NCBI GenBank assembly: GCA_015295835.1
Contig: DVEG01000020.1
Location: forward strand, 299,709 to 331,708
Reading direction: 5' to 3'
Length of the DNA: 32,000 nucleotides
From: Oscillatoriaceae cyanobacterium M7585_C2015_266
Lineage (GTDB): Bacteria > Cyanobacteriota > Cyanobacteriia > Cyanobacteriales > Oscillatoriaceae
This document shows, in pieces, positions 19,554-27,835 of the stretch. Numbering within the stretch: the stretch's first letter is position 1; every line of letters starts with the position of its first letter. Both the position numbers and the translations under genes were made by a program. Under the pieces are notes generated by a model that made no database searches, was not told where the DNA came from, and was given only the letters and a program-made list of their open reading frames with translations.

Positions 19554-21764
19554 CTACGCGACTCGATAAATAAAACTGAGCGTAGCGTAAGCTGCTACAT
19601 CCAATGCATAAGCATCTGCTGAAACTCCTGCTATTTGTGCTTTTGGTGCACTTGCTTGGTGCAAGTCTTGCAAAAGAGCCTGAGCAACGGCTAAAGGATT
19701 AGACAAAAGGATAATAGACTGCCCATCTGAGCAGGGGCGAAGATCTCCCGCTAGTGCAGTAAAGGTGCGTGAGAAGGGGGCAAGAGAACAGATAATATAA
19801 GTTTCTATTAGCCCGGTGGTGCCAGCACTATGGGCGGAAACAATTTCAACAGGGGGAATGGTTACAGTTTGCCCTGGGGCGATCGCTTTTGGCGGCAAAA
19901 ATGTTATTTTTTCAGCAGTAGTGCAAGTTTGCAAACATCCAGCAAGCGCCCGCCCCCGATTATCCAAACCCATTAGCAAGTAATAAATTAGCTTATCACT
20001 TTGATTGCTCAATCGATAATGAATACGACTGCCCGCTGGTAAATTAATAACCTGTAGCGCTTCTTCCCCCGCCAGTTTACTACCCCCGGTTGCACCACCA
20101 AAACGCAAGCTTCCTCGCTCTATCAGCACTCTTTCTTCACTACCTGCCATTACCTCCAGTTTTGCTACAATCCCCAACTGCGAAGAACCCTCATTCGCCG
20201 TTAAACGCCACAATTTCGCAGCTAACAGAGCGTATAACTGCGGTGCTAAACGGCGTACAGCCGCTTTGACGGCTTCTCCCCCTTCGCCAACTGTATCAGG
20301 AATTAAACTCTGACTAAGAGAAAATAAACCATAGCTGCTAGGAGCAAGGGAAGGCAAGGCAGATTTAGTAGCAAGCAGCGTCTCGCGAACACGCCCGAAA
20401 AAGCAATCAGCCGGCTGCTCCGAAGCTATCACGGAAGAAACGTAGGGAATCGTGGCAAAAGCACTTGTGGCATCCACCCGCTCTATGCGTTCGAGGGAAG
20501 TATCTAGGGCAACAGTCAAGTTGGGAGTGCGGGGCAGTACCCGCACACTTTCTCGAACTAATTGCCCCACCTGTAGGGGGAAAGTGGTAGCAATATCGGT
20601 ATTGAGTAGTTGTGCCTGGGCAGATAAACCACTACGCGAGCGAATCTGTAGCAGCACCCGTTGGCGTAGCAACTCCACAGGAGTATCATTAGCATTATGC
20701 ACGCTCAGTAAGGAATTCACCCCGTAAGAGTCTATTACCCTTATCGGTAATCCCCCTAGCCACACTTGCGCTGTTTTACCGTCTTCTGCTACTGCCGTTA
20801 CCGCGCCTTCTGCTGGCGGGCTAAAGTATAAATCTGGGAAAAGTATAGGGCTTTTTTGCTCAGATGACTGCCACTGGGGTTTCTGAATCGTGCCAGCTAG
20901 TTGCTCTACCATACAAATGGCGCGCTGAAAGCTGAATAAAAGCGATCGCGCAGGGGTTGCCCACCACAGGCTTTGAGTAAGAGCGTAAGTAAATACGCCA
21001 GCGCTAAATCCGCTCCATACCATCTCGGTAGCAGCTTTTTCAGGGCTAGCTGCTGTCAGGAAAACTCCGTGCCATTTTCCCCCCCTGGAGTTTTCTATAT
21101 CATTATAGTTATTAAGATAGCTGTTTTGGAGAGCTAGTAATTTTTGTTCAGTTAGTAAACTAGGGCGAGAGCGAATCCGTAAATTCCCCTGAATGGAGGT
21201 GCCGGGATAGCTGTAGCCAGCATCGATGACAATCAGCACTCTCTGCAGCGAGCGTAGCAACCGCCACAGTGTTTCTTCTAGCAAGTCATTAACAGCAATC
21301 CCATCCGTACCAATAAAACTGTCAAAGGGCACAAGCGAATTGATATCATCGGCAGACTCAGCATCTGCTGCTCGCACTGTATACAAACGACGACCATATC
21401 CGCTAAAATGAAAAACTACTAGATCGTCTTCTTTTGCTTGTGCAATTAAATGCGTTTGTAAAGCCTCTTCAATATTCTGGCGAGTGGCTTGGCTATCTGT
21501 GAGGGTGACAATATCCTGTGCCTGAAAGCCAAACCGATACATTAACAATTCCCGTTGCAATTCTACATCTGTCACACATCCAGCAAGGTTGCCACCCCCT
21601 CCATACTGGTTTATGCCCACTAGCAGCGCTAACTTGCGCCTCGAAGGCTCTGCTAAAACGCTTATGGCGCGCTCGCTCCAATGCCACAATAGCGTCTCAC
21701 TGATTCCAATAGACGCTAGTAAGCCTCCAGCTCGTTGCAAAAATTCCCGCCGTTTCAGTCTCAT
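19554..21764 (-). CDS. Caspase-fold (peptidase C14) pseudo-orthocaspase with a Tat signal and a large uncharacterised C-terminal region
   Basis: Twin-arginine motif KRREFLQRAGGLLASIG. p20-like core KLALLVGINQY...LAGCVTDV...LVVFHFSGYG...LIVIDAGYSYPG. Tyr123 sits at the catalytic His position, and there is no Cys in the DxCHSG-equivalent segment. Confidence 0.8.
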   Translation of the reverse strand: MRLKRREFLQRAGGLLASIGISETLLWHWSERAISVLAEPSRRKLALLVGINQYGGGGNLAGCVTDVELQRELLMYRFGFQAQDIVTLTDSQATRQNIEEALQTHLIAQAKEDDLVVFHFSGYGRRLYTVRAADAESADDINSLVPFDSFIGTDGIAVNDLLEETLWRLLRSLQRVLIVIDAGYSYPGTSIQGNLRIRSRPSLLTEQKLLALQNSYLNNYNDIENSRGGKWHGVFLTAASPEKAATEMVWSGFSAGVFTYALTQSLWWATPARSLLFSFQRAICMVEQLAGTIQKPQWQSSEQKSPILFPDLYFSPPAEGAVTAVAEDGKTAQVWLGGLPIRVIDSYGVNSLLSVHNANDTPVELLRQRVLLQIRSRSGLSAQAQLLNTDIATTFPLQVGQLVRESVRVLPRTPNLTVALDTSLERIERVDATSAFATIPYVSSVIASEQPADCFFGRVRETLLATKSALPSLAPSSYGLFSLSQSLIPDTVGEGGEAVKAAVRRLAPQLYALLAAKLWRLTANEGSSQLGIVAKLEVMAGSEERVLIERGSLRFGGATGGSKLAGEEALQVINLPAGSRIHYRLSNQSDKLIYYLLMGLDNRGRALAGCLQTCTTAEKITFLPPKAIAPGQTVTIPPVEIVSAHSAGTTGLIETYIICSLAPFSRTFTALAGDLRPCSDGQSIILLSNPLAVAQALLQDLHQASAPKAQIAGVSADAYALDVAAYATLSFIYRVA

Positions 21765-22033
21765 GAAATTCTTCCTAGTTTCCCTATTTTATTTTAAATT
21801 CTTTGGTGACTCTCTGTAGCCCCCCTATCTTTACTCACGCTCTGTCATCCCTCTACAGAATGATTTAAATATTTTTTCAGATGTTAGTTTGGCTTTGGCA
21901 CTAAAATAATTTTAAGTAGCGATCGCTACTAGATGGGGGAGATTTTTTGGCCTTCGCTTCTTGGAAGATTAAGGAATTTAAACCATTCGGGATTTGAGAT
22001 TTGATAAACTAAGTGAAGAGCCTCTAAATTTTT

Positions 22034-23752
22034 CTAAAATCCTAAATCGTATTTGGCAGATTCTGCCGCTTTTAGTACAGTCTCAGTTGGCATGTTTTCC
22101 CAGTCTGTATCAGCTATATCCTGATAAAATTTTTCGTCATATGGGCGAGTCTGTATAACAACTGGCATCGGTACGGCATGCCCAAGAATTAGAGCTTGTT
22201 GTTTGGAATCTAGTTTGGCTAAAACTGAGCGCAGGCTTTGCCCCCCTGAAACGCCTGTGAAAATAGCATCTATGTCTTTCTCGTCATTAAGCAGAGCAGT
22301 GATGCGGGTGCCAATTTGAGACATAACTTCGTTATCAATTCCTGATGGGCGCTGATCGACAATTAATAATGTGACAAAATATTTGCGCATTTCTCTTGCA
22401 ATTGTGCCGAAAATTGTTGATCGCACTGTCGCCGGATCAAGAAATCTGTGTGCTTCTTCTATAGTAATTAATAACTGTCGCGGGCGATCGCTTGGATTTT
22501 TCGTCTGCAAAAATCTCTCTGTTTTTTGTACATAACTACTGTGAATCCGCCGAGAAATCATATTCGTCGCTAGCATATAAGAAAGCATGTTCGCCTGCGA
22601 GCCAAACTCTATAACAACATGTTTCCCTGCATCCAGCGATTCTAAAATTTGACCTATATAATTTTTCGGACTCGTATTGCGCATGTACTTTAAATCGTCT
22701 AAACGCATTAATTTCCGCTGTAAGGCAATAATCGATGCTTTATTCCCCCTTTTCTCATCGCAAAAGTCTTGAATTTCTTCATTTCCCATATTCAGCAATT
22801 GCGTAATCCACGATTTCCCGTATTCGTTGCGCAGGATAATCGCATTTTCGATCGCTGCATCAGAAAGATTTAGCTCCTTCTGTACAAGGGCAATATCTTC
22901 TACTTCTATTTGATCATAACTAAGATATAATTCCTGAGCATCACGCACACCCCGACGTCTAGTAGAAGCCGGATCAAGAGTATAAATCTCTACTTGACTG
23001 GGAAATAATTGCCGCAACCCTTTAACCATATTTAGTTGTTTGCCTTCCGTCGTAGCTTCCCAGCCATACTCCGAGTGCATATCAAAAATTAAATTCACTG
23101 CTGCCTGTTTTTTAATTACCCCAGATAGCAGTAAACGCGTTAAAAAAGATTTACCAGTTCCCGATTTGCCGAAAATACCGTTGCTGCGCTCAACAAACCG
23201 ATCGAGATCTATGCACACCGGCACATCCATATCCAAAGGCTTACCGATCGCAAAATTACGGCGGTGGGGATCATCTTCCCAGCCAAATACCAAACGGAAA
23301 TCTCTTTCGGTAGCATCGAAAACTTGCGAGAAATGTCGGGGAATAGTTTTTACCGGCATCAACGTTGATTTCTCGCTGACTGCAAATGTCTCTCCTTTCT
23401 GTGTTTTTGCCCCTCTGCCAGTAGCAAAATTAACAGCTACAGGTTTTTCTTCAGGCTCAGGAGTGAGCATCAGCATCGGCATTAAGCTGATAGTGCCGTA
23501 AGTGCCGCTGCCGGCAAGTACTGCTTGCATAAACTCGTCTTCTGGCAATGGTGGATTAGCAAGAATGCGCTCGCTAGAAGTTCCCAAGCAAACGTCAGTA
23601 AGCATACAAAAGAAATGCGCTCGCTCTCCCCGTACAACCATAAATTTACCCACTCGCATATCTTCCACCGAAACGTCAGGATGCAATCGCACTTCTAATC
23701 CTTGACTTAGAGAACCTTGTATCACAGAACCTAAGGGCTTCTCCGATTTCAT
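22034..23752 (-). CDS. HerA/FtsK-like ATPase (DUF87-type)
   Basis: N-terminal barrel-like region (GSVIQGSLSQGLEVRL...VGKFMVVRG...FFCMLTDV), Walker A GIFGKSGTGKS (about 23147-23179) and Walker B-like LLITIEEAHRFL. Confidence 0.8.
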   Translation of the reverse strand: MKSEKPLGSVIQGSLSQGLEVRLHPDVSVEDMRVGKFMVVRGERAHFFCMLTDVCLGTSSERILANPPLPEDEFMQAVLAGSGTYGTISLMPMLMLTPEPEEKPVAVNFATGRGAKTQKGETFAVSEKSTLMPVKTIPRHFSQVFDATERDFRLVFGWEDDPHRRNFAIGKPLDMDVPVCIDLDRFVERSNGIFGKSGTGKSFLTRLLLSGVIKKQAAVNLIFDMHSEYGWEATTEGKQLNMVKGLRQLFPSQVEIYTLDPASTRRRGVRDAQELYLSYDQIEVEDIALVQKELNLSDAAIENAIILRNEYGKSWITQLLNMGNEEIQDFCDEKRGNKASIIALQRKLMRLDDLKYMRNTSPKNYIGQILESLDAGKHVVIEFGSQANMLSYMLATNMISRRIHSSYVQKTERFLQTKNPSDRPRQLLITIEEAHRFLDPATVRSTIFGTIAREMRKYFVTLLIVDQRPSGIDNEVMSQIGTRITALLNDEKDIDAIFTGVSGGQSLRSVLAKLDSKQQALILGHAVPMPVVIQTRPYDEKFYQDIADTDWENMPTETVLKAAESAKYDLGF

Positions 23753-24017
23753 GTCAAAACTTACTCAATCCTTTTTTTAGTTAGTCTCAGGCTCAATTTT
23801 AATTTCAAAGCTCGAAACACAGTTAACTTTAAAATCATTTTTATTTATACCCTTAAAACGATCACCTTACATTCCCACATTTCACCACCAGTCCAAATAA
23901 TGGCCATCTGGCCTCAAATTCCAGTTACCATCAAAAAAATCTTATTGCCACCTTACTAAACAAACTTTATAATACTTTACATTCGTTTACGTTTACCTCA
24001 CACTGGAATCTCTAAGC

Positions 24018-24596
24018 ATGAATACTCAATTTCCTGCAGATTGGCTAAGAAAAATCCTCAGCATTGCAGCCATTGTCAGTGCCAGCACTCTGCTTGTCAT
24101 CCCTGTAGAAGCAAAAAACTGCCAAGCAAAAGCCGAAATGCGGGCAGAATCCATGCGCATGCAGGATGAAAGCACAGCAATGAAGCCCAGCATTGTTGAA
24201 ATCGCAAGCAAAAACGACTCCTTCAAAACTCTCACCGCTGCCTTACAAGCCGCCGGTTTAGTCGAAACCCTAGCCGAAAAAGGTCCCTTCACAGTTTTTG
24301 CTCCAACAGATGAAGCCTTTGCCGCATTACCAGAAGGCACAGTGGAAACACTGCTCAAACCAGAAAACAAAGATAAACTAATCAAAGTCTTGACTTACCA
24401 TGTCATTGCTGGTGCCGTTAAATCTGGCGAGCTGACAGATGGAAATGTAACAACCCTAGAAGGCAACCCCGTAATAATTAAACTCGATGGTGGCAAAGTT
24501 ATGGTGAACGAAGCCAAAGTCACCACAGCAGACATCGTAGCAAGCAATGGTGTTATTCACATCATTGATAAAGTTATCTTGCCCCCTGATATGTAA
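24018..24596 (+). CDS. Fasciclin (FAS1) domain protein, secreted
   Basis: Signal peptide, then FAS1 motifs: SFKTLTAALQAAGL, FTVFAPTDEAF, VLTYHV, NGVIHIIDKVILP. Confidence 0.9.
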   Translation: MNTQFPADWLRKILSIAAIVSASTLLVIPVEAKNCQAKAEMRAESMRMQDESTAMKPSIVEIASKNDSFKTLTAALQAAGLVETLAEKGPFTVFAPTDEAFAALPEGTVETLLKPENKDKLIKVLTYHVIAGAVKSGELTDGNVTTLEGNPVIIKLDGGKVMVNEAKVTTADIVASNGVIHIIDKVILPPDM

Positions 24597-24630
24597 ATTC
24601 AGATTTCTAAATACCTAATAAAACACTTTA

Positions 24631-24654
24631 GGGCCTAACTTTTTGGTTAGGCCC
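24631..24654. terminator. GC-rich 9-bp hairpin downstream of the fasciclin gene
   Basis: GGGCCTAAC (24631-24639) pairs with GTTAGGCCC (24646-24654) around loop TTTTTG. There is no clean U-run on the plus strand. On the minus strand it is followed by TAAAGTGTTTTATT. Confidence 0.4.
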
Positions 24655-24659
24655 ACTCG

Positions 24660-24665
24660 TATAAT
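24660..24665 (+). promoter_or_regulatory. Perfect -10 box TATAAT, 32 nt upstream of RNA-like element copy 1
   Basis: TATAAT at 24660-24665. No convincing -35 element. Confidence 0.3.
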
Positions 24666-24696
24666 TAAAAGCTAACCGTAATAAATCAAACTTAAA

Positions 24697-24880
24697 CTAG
24701 AGTGGACAAACTACAATAGGTTTCGCGACAGGGGACACCCTTGAAACCTTGAAACCTGATTCGCTCACCTCTTTCTTTATCCCCTCCTGTTTAACTCTAT
24801 CGTTTGAAGATATTTTACACTTCTGTTGGTGTCCGATCTTAACTTAGCACACCTGCAATCAATTGACAAGTAGATTTTAC
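24697..24880. ncRNA. Structured RNA-like element, copy 1 (unclassified)
   Basis: Shares ordered blocks with copy 2: CTAGAGTGGACA (24697-24708), a hairpin AGGTTTC/GAAACCT (24718-24724 / 24743-24749) presenting CGACAGGGGACACC in its loop, TCCTGTTTAACT, GGTGTCC (24828-24834, complementary to loop GGACACC 24733-24739), AACTTAGCA, and TTGACAAGTAGATTTTAC (24863-24880). Strand is unresolved; plus is favoured by the flanking -10 box and terminator. Confidence 0.4.
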
Positions 24881-24944
24881 TAAACTTAATAATTTATTAA
24901 GTAATTTAAGATTTAATCTTTTCACTACTCAACACTTTATCTCC

Positions 24945-24988
24945 AAAAATGGGTAGGGTCTAGCCATACGCGACTAGACCCATTTTAT
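24945..24988 (+). terminator. Terminator-like hairpin between the two element copies
   Basis: GGGTCTAG (24956-24963) pairs with CTAGACCC (24974-24981) around a 10-nt loop, followed by ATTTTAT. The upstream AAAAATGGG is complementary to the downstream CCCATTTT. Confidence 0.45.
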
Positions 24989-25039
24989 CATAAGTAAGGA
25001 CTGAAAAAGAAGATAAAATAAAAAATTGATACTCTACAA

Positions 25040-25295
25040 CTAGGGTGGACAGTTCGCAGCTTAGCCTTATTTTTTACCGTACTCTCTTTTCTCCGACTTG
25101 CGGTTTGGCTTTGTTCAGAGAACTGAACGTTTGGCCACTTTTTCTTAGCGGTATCGGGTTCGCTGCATCTGGACTTTCGACAGGAGACACCAGGTCTAAG
25201 TCCTACTCTTTAACTGATTGATAACTGACTATTTAGTTTTTCGGTGTCTGATATCAAACTAGCATGCTATACCCTAGCTGACAAGTAATCTTTAC
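25040..25295. ncRNA. Structured RNA-like element, copy 2 (unclassified; possibly part of the rtcB leader)
   Basis: Same block order as copy 1: CTAGGGTGGACA (25040-25051), then an extra segment of about 110 nt closed by GCAGC/GCTGC that contains the hairpin GTTCAG-AGAA-CTGAAC (25112-25127). Next comes the hairpin GGACTT/AAGTCC (25171-25176 / 25198-25203) with loop CGACAGGAGACACC, then TCCTACTCTTTAACT, GGTGTCT (25243-25249, complementary to loop AGACACC 25185-25191), AACTAGCA, and CTGACAAGTAATCTTTAC (25278-25295). Confidence 0.4.
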
Positions 25296-25486
25296 AATAT
25301 TTTTTATTTTGTAAATTAAGTTAATATATAAGCAAGTAGCCAGGATTGGGGGATTAGAGGATGGGAAAAAAGCAGGTAGAAGTCGCAAAAACAATTATCC
25401 TGGTAGGAAAAATACAAGATAAAAAAAGAATTTCTCGTGCTATGATAGCCTAAAGGCAGCAAAAAAAAAAGTAAGGAAAAGATAAA

Positions 25487-26947
25487 ATGGCTAAAATAGA
25501 AGTTTTGGAACGAATTTCCGATACGGTTTGGGAAATACCAATTTCCTACAAAAAAGGAATGCAAGTGCCTGCACGAATCTATGGCACAGAAAAATTGATC
25601 CGAGAAATGGATGATGCCGTTTATGATCAAATAACAAACGTAGCCACACTTCCAGGAATTACTAAATATGCTCTGTGTATGCCAGATGGTCACTTTGGCT
25701 ATGGATTTCCCATCGGCGGAGTAGCTGCAATGGATGTAGAAAATGGGGGCGTTATCTCACCAGGCGGAATAGGATTTGATATCAATTGCGGTATGCGTTT
25801 GGTGGTGACTAATTTAACCTATGATGACGTCAAACCATATATTAAACAATTGGTAGATCGACTTTATGAAAGAGTGCCGGCAGGAGTTGGCAGTAAGGGA
25901 TTCGTGAAACTGTCACCAATGGAATTTCGTAAAGTCATGGAAAAAGGAGCTCGCTGGTGCGTGGAAAATGATTATGGCTGGGAAGAAGATTTGGAAATGA
26001 CCGAGGAAAATGGATGTATTAAAGGAGCCGATGCCTCGACAATTAGCGAAAAAGCGATCGAACGCGGTTTCAATCAAATCGGAACCCTGGGTTCGGGAAA
26101 CCATTACTTGGAAATTCAAGTGGCAAAACCAGAAAATATTTTTGATCGCTCCTTGGCTGAAAAAATGGGTATTACTATCCCTAATCAAGTCGTGGTAATG
26201 TTCCACTGCGGGAGCCGGGGATTTGGTCATCAAGTGGCCACCGATTACCTGCAAGTTTTCCTAAAAGTCATGGAAAGCAAATATGGAATTAAAATATTAG
26301 ATAGAGAATTAGCCTGCGCCCCCTTTTACTCTCCCGAAGGGCAAGCTTATTTTGCAGCTATGAAGTGCGGGCTGAATATGTCTTTTGCTAATCGGCAAGT
26401 AATTTTACACCGCATCCGAGAAGTGTTTTCGGAAATATTCGGGCGCTCACCAGAAGATATGAATATGCGAATGGTTTATGATGTTGCACATAATACTGCT
26501 AAATTAGAAAGTCATATTATTGATGGAAAAGAGCGATCGCTACTCGTCCACCGCAAAGGAGCAACACGAGCATTCGCCCCAGGAATGTCAGGAATTCCGG
26601 AAAAATACAAATCAATCGGACAGCCAGTTATTATTGGCGGCAGTATGGAAACCGGCTCTTATTTATTAGCAGGTGTACCCGGAGGAGCAGAAACATTCTT
26701 TAGCACCGCCCACGGCAGCGGGAGAACTATGAGTCGCACAAAAGCACGAAAAACTTGGCGCGGCGAAAAACTACAAAAAGATTTAGAAAACAAAGGAATT
26801 TACGTTCGCGCAACCTCTTGGAGCGGATTGGCAGAAGAAGCAGGCTCCGCCTACAAAAATATCGATGACGTAATCGCAGCCGCTGAATTAGCAGGAATTA
26901 GCAAAAGAGTGGTGCGGTTTACACCAATTGGAAATATCAAAGGATAA
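25487..26947 (+). CDS. rtcB: RNA 3'-phosphate/2',3'-cyclic phosphate--5'-OH ligase RtcB (archaeal/eukaryal HSPC117 type)
   Basis: 486 aa. Contains LPGITKYALCMPDGHFGYGFPIGGVAAMD, GGIGFDINCGMRL, GSGNHYLE, HCGSRGFGHQ and the guanylylated-His region TAHGSGRTMSR. Collinear with Pyrococcus-type RtcB as I recall it. Confidence 0.95.
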   Translation: MAKIEVLERISDTVWEIPISYKKGMQVPARIYGTEKLIREMDDAVYDQITNVATLPGITKYALCMPDGHFGYGFPIGGVAAMDVENGGVISPGGIGFDINCGMRLVVTNLTYDDVKPYIKQLVDRLYERVPAGVGSKGFVKLSPMEFRKVMEKGARWCVENDYGWEEDLEMTEENGCIKGADASTISEKAIERGFNQIGTLGSGNHYLEIQVAKPENIFDRSLAEKMGITIPNQVVVMFHCGSRGFGHQVATDYLQVFLKVMESKYGIKILDRELACAPFYSPEGQAYFAAMKCGLNMSFANRQVILHRIREVFSEIFGRSPEDMNMRMVYDVAHNTAKLESHIIDGKERSLLVHRKGATRAFAPGMSGIPEKYKSIGQPVIIGGSMETGSYLLAGVPGGAETFFSTAHGSGRTMSRTKARKTWRGEKLQKDLENKGIYVRATSWSGLAEEAGSAYKNIDDVIAAAELAGISKRVVRFTPIGNIKG

Positions 26948-26950
26948 ACT

Positions 26951-27832
26951 ATGCCACGCACACCACTGACTATAATAACAGGACCTCTCGGAAGCGGAAA
27001 AACAACCCTACTACGCCATATTTTAGATAGTTTTCCCAAAAAAATCGCTATCTTGATGAATGAATTTGGCGAAATCGCAATCGACAGCAAAATTATCGCC
27101 GGCAAAAACGTACAAATGGCTGAACTCGGCGGCGGTTGCGTCTGTTGTTCTCTCCTGGGAGAATTTGAAGCCGCTGTAAATGAAATTCTCGATACCATTG
27201 CTCCAGATAATCTGATCATAGAAACAACAGGCGTCGCCGAGCCAGACGCATTGGTATTTGATGCTCAAGAAAACTTGCCAAAAGTGCGACTAGATGGCGT
27301 GATAACAGTAATCGACGCCGATGCAATCGTAAAATATCCCAGCGTCGGGCACACAACACGAACGCAAATCGAAGCCGCCGACGCTATTCTATTAAATAAA
27401 ATAGATTTAGTATCAGAAAGCGAGTTAGAAGAAATCGCCCAAAAATTACAAAAATTTAATAAAACAGCAGAAATATTCCCCACCATACGCTGCCAAGTCG
27501 ATACCGAATTACTATTTGGCATCGGCAGGGAAAAAATAGAACAACCCCCTCACCATATTCACCAGCCAGAATTTGAATCCTTCGTTTATACGTCATCGGC
27601 AATAAGCGAGCGCACACGGTTCGAGGAATTTGCCAATAACATTCCCTCCAACATCTATCGAGCAAAAGGATTCATCCGATTTTCCGATGGAATCTATCTA
27701 TTTAATTTCGTCGCCGGGCGCTGGGATTTAGAGCAATTTCAACAACAAGCAACAGAATTAGTATTTATCGGTAAACAGGCAAAACAACGCCAAGCCGAAA
27801 TAATCGAACAATTAAAAAAATGCGAATACTAG
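26951..27832 (+). CDS. COG0523-family G3E GTPase (CobW/YjiA/ZigA-like putative metallochaperone)
   Basis: Walker A GPLGSGKTT (26981-27007), metal-binding GCVCC motif (Cys codons 27137-27148), ETTGVAEP, the NK.D motif in LLNKIDL, and a CobW_C-like C-terminal domain. The start codon is 3 nt after the rtcB stop. Confidence 0.9.
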   Translation: MPRTPLTIITGPLGSGKTTLLRHILDSFPKKIAILMNEFGEIAIDSKIIAGKNVQMAELGGGCVCCSLLGEFEAAVNEILDTIAPDNLIIETTGVAEPDALVFDAQENLPKVRLDGVITVIDADAIVKYPSVGHTTRTQIEAADAILLNKIDLVSESELEEIAQKLQKFNKTAEIFPTIRCQVDTELLFGIGREKIEQPPHHIHQPEFESFVYTSSAISERTRFEEFANNIPSNIYRAKGFIRFSDGIYLFNFVAGRWDLEQFQQQATELVFIGKQAKQRQAEIIEQLKKCEY

Positions 27833-27835
27833 CCT

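Noticed and set aside
23040-23705. Plus-strand ORFs of 153 aa and 67 aa
   Set aside because: They are antisense to the HerA-like ATPase, which has clear Walker motifs. They are shadow ORFs.
24697-25295. Known self-cleaving ribozyme cores, tRNA-like or Y-RNA features, or a MITE as the explanation for the two elements upstream of rtcB
   Set aside because: I found no hammerhead CUGANGA...GAAA core on either strand; the closest matches are CTGATTG and CTGATAT. I recognised no twister, pistol or HDV-like core. There is no T-loop GTTCRANYC with a proper 5-bp arm, and no Ro/TROVE gene nearby. The only inverted repeat is 7 nt and internal, so it is not a terminal inverted repeat. Short flanking direct repeats exist (CTTAAACTAG/CTTAACTTAG in copy 1, CAACTAG/AAACTAG in copy 2), so a mobile origin is not fully excluded. 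A copy-2-only pairing, CTAGGGT (25040-25046) with ACCCTAG (25271-25277), is not conserved in copy 1, so I did not use it.
25316-25693. 125-aa minus-strand ORF overlapping the rtcB start
   Set aside because: It is a low-complexity Phe/Leu/Ser-rich translation of the complement of the A-rich rtcB leader and the rtcB 5' end. It is not credible as a gene.
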